Part shown: one piece after another, positions 16,508-23,090 of the stretch
Position numbering within the stretch: position 1 is the first letter of the stretch
Layout: every line of letters starts with the position of its first letter
Assembly: GCA_040221695.1 (NCBI GenBank)
Contig: JAVKEA010000190.1
Origin: Coleofasciculus sp. E2-BRE-01
GTDB lineage: Bacteria > Cyanobacteriota > Cyanobacteriia > Cyanobacteriales > Coleofasciculaceae
Length of the DNA: 24,000 nucleotides
Reading direction: 5' to 3' (one strand)
Made by a program: the position numbers and the translations under genes
The notes under the pieces: generated by a model
What the model was told of the DNA's origin: nothing
Databases searched by the model: none
The model's input: only the letters and a program-made list of their open reading frames with translations

Positions 16508-17293
16508 ATGAGCTTATTGTCAACTCGCCGACTTTCTCTGGCGTATGATGGAACACCTGTGATCACGAACCTCGACCTGGCAATTCCTGTCGGGAAGATT
16601 ACGGCTTTGGTTGGACCCAACGGCTGTGGCAAATCAACCCTGTTGCGGGGACTGGCGAGGTTGCTCAAGCCTTGTGCAGGTACAGTTTACTTAGACGGGA
16701 CTGATATTTTCAAGCGCTCAACCAAAGCTGTGGCGAAGCGATTGGGAATTCTCCCCCAAAGTCCAGTAGCTCCGGAGGGGTTGACGGTTCGAGATTTGGT
16801 CGCTCAGGGTCGTTACCCTTACCATAACTGGTTGCAGCAATGGTCAAAAGATGATGAAATCCTGGTGGAGAAGGCGCTTTTCATTACAGGGATAACCCAA
16901 CTGGCAGACCGAGTATTGGACACGCTTTCGGGTGGACAACGACAACGAGCTTGGATTGCTATGGCACTAGCTCAGGATACAGAGATTCTGCTATTGGATG
17001 AACCGACAACGTTTTTAGACTTGGCGCATCAAGTCGAGGTATTGGATTTGTTGTATGAGTTGAACCAGAGCGAAGGGCGGACGATTGTTATGGTACTGCA
17101 CGACCTGAATCAGGCGTGTCGCTACGCCAATCATCTGGTTGCCGTGCGCCAGGGTCAAGTTTATACAAAAGGAGAGCCAATGCAAGTTGTGACGGAGGCG
17201 ATGGTGCGTGAAGTGTTTGGTTTGGAGTGTCGGATTGTGCCTGACCCGGTAGCGGGGACGCCAATGTGTGTACCAATGGGTCGTTGGGTGTAA
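16508..17293 (+). CDS. Iron-siderophore ABC transporter ATP-binding protein (FecE/FhuC-like)
   Basis: 261 aa. Walker [10 protein letters not shown], signature LSGGQRQR, Walker [10 protein letters not shown]-loop VLHDLN. Confidence 0.9.
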   Translation: MSLLSTRRLSLAYDGTPVITNLDLAIPVGKITALVGPNGCGKSTLLRGLARLLKPCAGTVYLDGTDIFKRSTKAVAKRLGILPQSPVAPEGLTVRDLVAQGRYPYHNWLQQWSKDDEILVEKALFITGITQLADRVLDTLSGGQRQRAWIAMALAQDTEILLLDEPTTFLDLAHQVEVLDLLYELNQSEGRTIVMVLHDLNQACRYANHLVAVRQGQVYTKGEPMQVVTEAMVREVFGLECRIVPDPVAGTPMCVPMGRWV

Positions 17294-17313
17294 GTAGGGG
17301 CTGCTGAATAAGT

Positions 17314-17366
17314 ATTGGGGAGATGGGGAGCTGGGGAAGCTGGGGAAGCTGGGGGAGCAAGGGAAG
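17314..17366 (+). repeat. Short nonamer array (CTGGGGAAG-type), about 5-6 copies
   Basis: Same unit family as 16214-16320. It begins about 20 nt after the ATPase stop codon. Confidence 0.8.
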
Positions 17367-17536
17367 CAGTGATACATTTTCCCTGATAGCGGTGCAAGGG
17401 TATGAAAGGGGTTTTACCTTATGTCCTTGAAGATAAGCTAATGTCCATGCTACTCAAAGCCTTGATAGCTAAGGGTTTTGGACTTGCGCCGCAAACCCTA
17501 AGTAGGTGGACACAATCAAAGCTAACGGTGGAGATC

Positions 17537-17569
17537 GTCATTTGTCATTCGTCATTCGTCATTCGTCAT
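17537..17569 (+). repeat. Heptamer array GTCATTC/GTCATTT, about 4.5 copies
   Basis: gtcatttgtcattcgtcattcgtcattcgtcat read directly. Confidence 0.8.
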
Positions 17570-17684
17570 AAGCTGTTCGGCATTTAAACCTTAATGTCAA
17601 GAATGGCAAAATCCTTGTAGTGCGAGCATCTTGCTCGCTGCTAATATAGCACTACGCTCTAAGGTTAGGACAAAAAAAGAAAAA

Positions 17685-17825
17685 TTTAAATCGCTTGACC
17701 CTGAATTTCGACAGGACTTCGGCGTGAGCGCGACTCGACTGAGCGCTCGCCGAACGTCTCAGTCGAACGCTCAATTGCCGCGAAGCGACGCCCTGAGTGT
17801 GCCGAAGGGTCGAAGGGTCAATCCC
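17685..17825. repeat. Dispersed hairpin repeat, split by about 104 nt of further hairpin-type repeats (nested insertion)
   Basis: The left end TTTAAATCGCTTGACCCTGA (17685-17704) and right end GTCGAAGGGTCAATCCC (17809-17825) match the two halves of the compact copy at 19068-19118. The interior holds further GC-rich repeat-like segments (gagcgc...gcgctc, ccct...aggg). Confidence 0.6.
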
Positions 17826-17979
17826 TTGTCAGCTAAGCTTTTGTCTTCACTATTGCCTATGACACACCGAGCGAAGTCGAGGTGTTGCCTATTGCCTATT
17901 CCCGCTTCGCGTAGCGCTATAACTGCATAGGTTCCAAAACGTCAGAGATATAAAGGGTTATGCTCCTTCCTACATAACC

Positions 17980-18008
17980 CCCTCAGGCAATATCTGAGGG
18001 TTTTTTTT
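17980..18008 (+). terminator. Rho-independent terminator
   Basis: ccctcag-gcaatat-ctgaggg is followed by T8 (18001-18008). An 8-bp hairpin, gggttatg...cataaccc (17955-17980), lies immediately upstream. Confidence 0.6.
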
Positions 18009-18083
18009 GACTTTTCACCTTTTTTTCACAATTGTTCGATAGGTTTAATCATAGTTGTTACCCTGATGTGGAAGTGATTACCC

Positions 18084-18117
18084 ACCCCCTGCTAAAATGG
18101 CGGGGGTCTTTTTTTGT
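18084..18117 (+). terminator. Rho-independent terminator (bulged GC stem plus U-tract)
   Basis: accccc(t)gc-taaaatg-gcgggggt is followed by cttttttt. Confidence 0.55.
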
Positions 18118-18215
18118 CTATTTTTTTTTGTCAATGTTGGTCGGTGCGCCGATCATCAGCTTCATATCTTGATTTACACTCTTTACAGGGAAAACGCAAT
18201 GACCAAGGATAATTA

Positions 18216-19112
18216 ATGAGTTCAACACTTCAGCGTCAAATTCAGCAGTTTTACGACGCCTCCTCCGGACTGTGGGAACAGGTTTGGGGCGAACACATGC
18301 ACCATGGTTATTATGGTCCGCTGGGTCGTGAGAAAAAAGGTCGGCGTCAGGCGCAGATTGATTTAATTGAGGAACTGCTGAATTGGGGTGATGTGCAGCA
18401 CGCCGAGAACATCTTAGATGTAGGGTGTGGGATTGGCGGAAGTTCTCTGGACTTAGCCCAACGGTTTGGGGCAAAGGTACAAGGGATTACGCTGAGTCCC
18501 GTCCAAGCCGCCAGAGCAACCGAACGGGCAAAAGAGGCGGGGTTAGAGGCTGAGGTGGAGTTTCAGGTGGCTGATGCCTTGGATATGTCGTTTGCGGATA
18601 ACTGTTTTGATTTTATCTGGTCGTTAGAAAGTGGGGAACATTTACCCGATAAGCATAAATTTCTGGCAGAATGCTACCGGGTTCTGAAACCAGGTGGGAC
18701 ATTTCTGATGGCGACGTGGTGTCATCGTCCGATTACGCCAGCCACGGGAGAGTTAACGGCAGATGAAAAGCAGCATTTAGAGCAAATTTACCAGGTTTAC
18801 TGTTTACCTTATGTGATTTCATTGCCAGAGTACGCCGCAATTGCCCGTGAGTTATCTTTTGCGGATATTCGCACTGATGATTGGTCAGATGCAGTCGCAC
18901 CGTTTTGGGATATTGTCATTGATTCAGCCTTTGAACCCCAAGCATTAATCGGTTTACTCAAAAGTGGTTGGGGTACAGTGCAAGCGGCGCTATCGTTGGG
19001 ATTAATGAGTCGGGGGTATCGGCGGGGTTTGATTCGGTTTGGTGTACTCTCTGCTCAGAAACCATCTTTAAATCGCTTGACCCTGAGCGAAGTCGAAGGG
19101 TCAATCCCCTGA
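18216..19112 (+). CDS. SAM-dependent methyltransferase, gamma-tocopherol methyltransferase-like
   Basis: 298 aa. FYDASSGLWEQVWGEHMHHGYYGP, SAM motif I ILDVGCGIGGSS, then WSLESGEHLPDK, LKPGG and ATWCHR. From memory it is collinear with the Synechocystis gamma-TMT (slr0089). Confidence 0.8.
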   Translation: MSSTLQRQIQQFYDASSGLWEQVWGEHMHHGYYGPLGREKKGRRQAQIDLIEELLNWGDVQHAENILDVGCGIGGSSLDLAQRFGAKVQGITLSPVQAARATERAKEAGLEAEVEFQVADALDMSFADNCFDFIWSLESGEHLPDKHKFLAECYRVLKPGGTFLMATWCHRPITPATGELTADEKQHLEQIYQVYCLPYVISLPEYAAIARELSFADIRTDDWSDAVAPFWDIVIDSAFEPQALIGLLKSGWGTVQAALSLGLMSRGYRRGLIRFGVLSAQKPSLNRLTLSEVEGSIP

Positions 19113-19118
19113 AGGGGT
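19068..19118. repeat. Compact copy of the dispersed hairpin repeat, overlapping the last 15 codons of the methyltransferase gene
   Basis: TTTAAATCGCTTGACCCTGAGCGAAGTCGAAGGGTCAATCCCCTGAAGGGG. The 8-bp stem is TTGACCCT/AGGGTCAA, and a second small stem is CCCC-TGAA-GGGG. The stop codon TGA (19110-19112) lies in the second loop. Confidence 0.65.
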
Positions 19119-19143
19119 GACAAACTCGCGTAAAAGGTAGGTA

Positions 19144-19174
19144 GGGTATGGGGTGTGGGGTATGGGGTGTGGGG
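19144..19174 (+). repeat. G-rich heptamer array (GGGGTAT/GGGGTGT)
   Basis: gggtatggggtgtggggtatggggtgtgggg lies in the 77-nt gap between the convergent methyltransferase and ureE genes. Confidence 0.8.
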
Positions 19175-19189
19175 AAAATATTAGAGAAA

Positions 19190-19627
19190 CTAACTGTGAT
19201 GGTGATACGCCCCAATTTCGGGTTGAAAGGGAGCGATTTCTGGCTTCACATCCACGCCTAACTGATTCAACATCGCCTGTAAAACGGAGTCAGGTGACAA
19301 GCGTAAATAGTGGGGAGTGACTTCCAAGGGGACGTGGCGATTACCAAGGTGATAGGCGGCTCGCAGTAAACTCAGGGGATGGGGAGACGTAACGGTTAAA
19401 ACAGGTTCGGGTTTCGCCGCAATCTGCACCACTATCTCACCTGTCTCAGATTGGAGTAAATCCCCATCATTGAGAATCGTCCCTCTCGGTAAACGCAGAT
19501 ACAAACCCTGACCCTCTGGGGTTTCAAAGCGGTAGCGTGTCCGGGTGCGTTCCTCGGCGGTGAGGGAAAGTGTAAAATTAGCGGAGAGTTTTGTCGCTGA
19601 GTTCAAGCGTTGCGTCAACGTCAGCAT
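19190..19627 (-). CDS. ureE: Urease accessory protein UreE
   Basis: 145 aa. Contains [13 protein letters not shown] and a His-rich C-terminus, GAYHHHS. Confidence 0.85.
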   Translation of the reverse strand: MLTLTQRLNSATKLSANFTLSLTAEERTRTRYRFETPEGQGLYLRLPRGTILNDGDLLQSETGEIVVQIAAKPEPVLTVTSPHPLSLLRAAYHLGNRHVPLEVTPHYLRLSPDSVLQAMLNQLGVDVKPEIAPFQPEIGAYHHHS

Positions 19628-19659
19628 AAATTGCCCAATCTGTCAAGCTAAAGTGCAAG

Positions 19660-20124
19660 CTAAAGTGACCGTTTCAGGCGAATCAGTTGATTCTGAATTT
19701 GCCGTTGTAAATCGGGGTCGAATTGAGCTGTATTCGTAATAGCGTTAAATTGAGCCATGTTGAACCCCTGGCTTTCGCCAATTTCTTTGGCTTTATTGCA
19801 GTAGTTGACGGCAATTCCTTGGACATCAGAGGGGAGTTCTTTGAGAGAATCGGGTTGGGTACAGGTAATATTAGGAATCTGATCTTGGTTTATCTGTTGC
19901 TGAATTTCGCTGAAGGCAGTTTGACGGCTATTTTCGATCGCCAGAAGTGCCTTGGCGTAATTCCTGATTTCCTCTTCGGTGATAGTTTCGGCTGATAATG
20001 GGGAGATAGACGGACTTGCCTCTGGAGTGGAGTTAGAGGAACATCCAGAGAGAATGAGGGCGAGTGCGGTTACACAACTCGTCCAGGAAATCCTATAGGT
20101 TCGCGATCGCGCCTGTATGGGCAT
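19660..20124 (-). CDS. DUF4168-like lipoprotein
   Basis: The ATG at 20124 is preferred over the TTG at 20151. Lipobox LILSGC. Body EEEIRNYAKALLAIENSRQTAFSEIQ...ITCTQP...NYCNKA. Confidence 0.65.
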   Translation of the reverse strand: MPIQARSRTYRISWTSCVTALALILSGCSSNSTPEASPSISPLSAETITEEEIRNYAKALLAIENSRQTAFSEIQQQINQDQIPNITCTQPDSLKELPSDVQGIAVNYCNKAKEIGESQGFNMAQFNAITNTAQFDPDLQRQIQNQLIRLKRSL

Positions 20125-20268
20125 GGAATCCGATTCAAGTAGCAACGGCAAAGTGTAGCTCTATTTTGACAGGTTTTGACCGTTTGGATCTCAGGAACTT
20201 AGTAAAACTCAGGGTTCTTGCTTATATCTAGAGTTCCTTACCGAGCGTTATGATACCACAATAGGGGC

Positions 20269-20757
20269 TTATCGTTGGCTGGATTCTTGCTGTCTTTGTA
20301 ATGCATCTTGAATCCGCTGTCGTAAATTACCATCTTTTTCCGCCAGACGTGTAATTTGATTGAATCGGGAGGGGGTTAAATAATTATTCACCAGCGCTAA
20401 AGCTTGGTTACAATAAGTATTGGCAATTTTTCGCGCCTCCTGAGACGGCAGTTGATTGATGGTTTCTGAGCGATGACACTGGATATCAGGAATGTTGCCA
20501 TTTACGATTTTTTTAATTTCGTTATAGGCAACTTGGCGCAAGGGTTCCATGGCTAAAACTGCTCTAGCATAGTTGGTAACTTCCGCCTCGGTAACCGCTT
20601 GTTGAGCATAGACAGCACGGCTGAAGTCCAAACTTAGAGACTGTCGCGAAAGTTCGGGAATGAACCCAGACAGTAAACCTAAGCTGGTTAGTGCAGCTAC
20701 AATAAGTGGACGAGAGAAACGAGGCACATGAGGGTGATTACAGTAGGACGTGATCAT
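20269..20757 (-). CDS. DUF4168-like secreted protein (paralogue of the preceding gene)
   Basis: 162 aa with a signal-like N-terminus. EAEVTNYARAVLAMEPLRQVAYNEIKK...IQCHRS...TYCNQA is collinear with 19660-20124. Confidence 0.65.
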   Translation of the reverse strand: MITSYCNHPHVPRFSRPLIVAALTSLGLLSGFIPELSRQSLSLDFSRAVYAQQAVTEAEVTNYARAVLAMEPLRQVAYNEIKKIVNGNIPDIQCHRSETINQLPSQEARKIANTYCNQALALVNNYLTPSRFNQITRLAEKDGNLRQRIQDALQRQQESSQR

Positions 20758-20844
20758 GACGATCGCAAATAATTAAACAGTACACAACAAAACCCAGAGT
20801 GGGCTTGTTTTTCCTGAACTATTTTAGGGGATAGAAGTTCCGCT

Positions 20845-20957
20845 GTCGGGTGTCGGGTGTTGGGTGTTGGGTGTGGTGTCGGGTGTGAGGGTGTGAGGGT
20901 GTGGGGTATGGGGTGTCGGGTGTGGGGAAGTTGGGGAAGCTGGGGAAGCTGGGGAAG
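20845..20957 (+). repeat. G-rich heptamer array (GTCGGGT/GTTGGGT/GTGAGGG/GTGGGGT) running into 4 nonamers (TGGGGAAGC-type)
   Basis: Read directly. Heptamers span about 20845-20926 and nonamers 20922-20957. Confidence 0.85.
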
Positions 20958-20994
20958 TTAACTTAAAACTCTACCTTAACTATTCCCTATTCCC

Positions 20995-21105
20995 TGACAA
21001 ATGACCAATGACAAATGACCAATGACCAATGACCAATGACAAATGACAAATGACAAATGACAAATGACAAATGACAAATGACGAATTAATGACAAATTTG
21101 ACACA
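20995..21105 (+). repeat. Heptamer array TGACAAA/TGACCAA (minus-strand TTTGTCA/TTGGTCA; STRR-type) reaching into the 3' end of holA
   Basis: About 13 consecutive units span 20995-21085. Degenerate copies lie at 21090-21096 and 21099-21105, inside the last codons of the minus-strand gene. Confidence 0.85.
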
Positions 21106-22066
21106 ATTTTATCACTTGAGTTTGCAGAGTGGAGAGTCCCTCAGCACCTCGTTTTAGGCTAACCTCTAACTCTAATAAAACTCGTAGCGTTGCCATTAAT
21201 TGATCCAGGCTGAGGTGTTGCACATCTTTCTTCAGAAAGTAAATACGCTTAGGGTTACCAACTTCGGCGGCGTTAGCAATAACTTTTATATCCTTTTCTC
21301 CCTCACTCATCATTAGCTTCACCCATAACCATGTGCGAAATTGTCCCACAAGGGTGGCGATAATTCGTAATGGGTGTTCGTTGTTGTTGATTAAGTCAGC
21401 AATCAATCCTAATGCTTTAGTTGTATCGCCTTTGAGGATACTCCCGGCTAATTGTAGGCTATTGTGAGTTGTGGTGGTGACTAACGTAGAAACAGCGCGT
21501 TCATCTAAGCTAGTCGTCTCATCGCCAGCGTAAAGGCGTAATTTGTCGAGTTCGTTGGTAAGTTGACGGGTATTGTTACCCACTGTATCAGCCAGGAGTT
21601 CAGCCGCTAGGGGAGTGAGTTTAACACCAGTGGTTTGGGCGTAGGATTTAACCTGTTGGACTAATTCCTCGGTTTTCCAGGGGGGAATTAGCGGAAATTC
21701 TCGGATTTTGGCGTGTTTTTGCAGCAGTTTGGTGGATTTGAGCCGTCCATCGGGGCGATTATGACTGGTGAGCAGTAATATAGATTCTGGTGGAATGGCG
21801 GGGAGAGTGCGTCCAAGTTCAGCGAGAACATTTTCGGAACAGTTTTGGCAAACGGTGGTATCGACTAGCCAGACTAATCGTCCTCCCATCCCAAATGGGG
21901 GAGTCATCGCTTGATTGAGTCCCTGAATTACGGCATCGGGTTGGTCTGGGGGAATTCTATCATAGTTAAAACTCAGCCAGTTGGGGTCGAGGACGGACTG
22001 GCGCAATTCTTTGACGGCTTGGGTAAGGGCGAAGTCATTGTCTCCCCAATAAAGATAAATTGGCAT
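21086..22066 (-). CDS. holA: DNA polymerase III delta subunit
   Basis: The internal ATG at 22066 gives MPIYLYWGDNDFALTQAVKELRQ, a typical HolA N-terminus. The track start at 22165 adds 33 residues and would overlap the divergent gene. Confidence 0.8.
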   Translation of the reverse strand: MPIYLYWGDNDFALTQAVKELRQSVLDPNWLSFNYDRIPPDQPDAVIQGLNQAMTPPFGMGGRLVWLVDTTVCQNCSENVLAELGRTLPAIPPESILLLTSHNRPDGRLKSTKLLQKHAKIREFPLIPPWKTEELVQQVKSYAQTTGVKLTPLAAELLADTVGNNTRQLTNELDKLRLYAGDETTSLDERAVSTLVTTTTHNSLQLAGSILKGDTTKALGLIADLINNNEHPLRIIATLVGQFRTWLWVKLMMSEGEKDIKVIANAAEVGNPKRIYFLKKDVQHLSLDQLMATLRVLLELEVSLKRGAEGLSTLQTQVIKLCQICH

Positions 22067-22099
22067 AAGGACGTTTAGCGTATTCGGAGGAAATTCAAC

Positions 22100-22885
22100 G
22101 TGGATGATACTTATCCAACCTATGTCAATCGGGTGGCGAGGATGACTGTACCCGATAGTTATCACTCCCAGTTACCCAATATCCAGGAGTCACCGAAGTT
22201 TGAGCATCTGGCTGATGGCACAACTAAGGCGGTTAATTTTCCAGGATACACGGTGATGACTCCACCCTGGGAGGATGAGTCGGAGAATGGGGCGTTTTAT
22301 GGGAGTTTACAGGAGTTACAAGGGATATTAGAGCAGGAATTGCCCAGTTTCATGATATCGCTTCCGCCTGAGAGTTTTCATTTCACGCTGGCGGATTTAA
22401 TTTGGGAAAATAATTATCGGGATGCGGTGCAGAATAATCCAGAGTTTGATCCACAACTTCAGGGACGCATTCGAGAGAGTTTTGGGCAATATCAGGAGTT
22501 GTATAGGAGTTCTTATCCTATATATTGGCAGTTTTTTGGCGTGATTGTTATGCCCCGTGCGATTGGGGTTTGTTTGGTGCCAAAAGATGAGGAGTCTTAT
22601 CAACGAGTGGTTGAGTTCCGGCGTTGTCTTTATCAAAATCCGGGATTAATTGGTTTGGGGGTTGAGCAGCAGTACCATTTTACGGCGCATATTACGTTAG
22701 GATACTTTGGAAAAATTCCAGCACAGCTTGAGCGCGATCGCATTAGTAGTATGTTATCGGATTTGAATCAGCAATGGTTAGCGAAGGAGGATAATTTATT
22801 CTGGGTGAAGCGGGCTGAGTTGCGGAAGTTTGATAATATGACTCATTTCTATCGCAAATCGGATTTTCCGGTTGTTGAGTTTTGA
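22100..22885 (+). CDS. 2H-phosphoesterase-superfamily-like protein (DUF1868-like)
   Basis: 261 aa. GTG start with GGAGG 9 nt upstream. Two H-x-T-x motifs, SFHFTLADL and TAHITLGYF, have the spacing expected for the 2H fold. Confidence 0.55.
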   Translation: MDDTYPTYVNRVARMTVPDSYHSQLPNIQESPKFEHLADGTTKAVNFPGYTVMTPPWEDESENGAFYGSLQELQGILEQELPSFMISLPPESFHFTLADLIWENNYRDAVQNNPEFDPQLQGRIRESFGQYQELYRSSYPIYWQFFGVIVMPRAIGVCLVPKDEESYQRVVEFRRCLYQNPGLIGLGVEQQYHFTAHITLGYFGKIPAQLERDRISSMLSDLNQQWLAKEDNLFWVKRAELRKFDNMTHFYRKSDFPVVEF

Positions 22886-23017
22886 TCTGAGTTAGTGTGG
22901 GGTGGGGGCAATGTTTACGTTGATAAGTTTAAAACCCGCCCTCTTTTAGGTTGTTAAAGATGGGATTTGTGTATTTGCGGTGTGAATGGTTTTGTCTCAA
23001 GATTGAATCGTTTTTAA

Positions 23018-23058
23018 CGCAGAGGTTCGCAGAGGTAAGCGCAGAGGGACGCAGAGGG
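23018..23058 (+). repeat. Four direct copies of CGCAGAGG at 10-12 nt spacing
   Basis: cgcagaggttcgcagaggtaagcgcagagggacgcagaggg lies about 35 nt upstream of the ATPase start codon. Confidence 0.6.
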
Positions 23059-23090
23059 TTTGGCGTTAGTTGTGAGTAGGAGATGGTAGG

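Noticed and set aside
17015-17397. Three minus-strand ORFs (17015-17377, 17088-17360, 17161-17397) with PSFPSS/LPQLPQ/PASPAS-type translations
   Set aside because: They are antisense to the well-supported ABC ATPase gene and run into the nonamer repeat.
17402-17930. ORFs 17402-17587 and 17631-17930 in the repeat-rich region
   Set aside because: Both read through heptamer arrays and nested hairpin repeats (for example ...ICHSSFVIRH from TCATTCG units). The LSRW-like stretch in the first is too short to call a transposase HTH remnant.
18118-18474. Minus-strand ORF antisense to the 5' end of the methyltransferase gene
   Set aside because: It overlaps a strongly supported plus-strand gene, and its N-terminal part lies in the terminator and poly-T region.
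22067-22165. Longer holA start at 22165 given by the track
   Set aside because: It adds 33 residues with no HolA similarity and would overlap the divergent gene starting at 22100. The ATG at 22066 yields the canonical MPIYLYWG... N-terminus.
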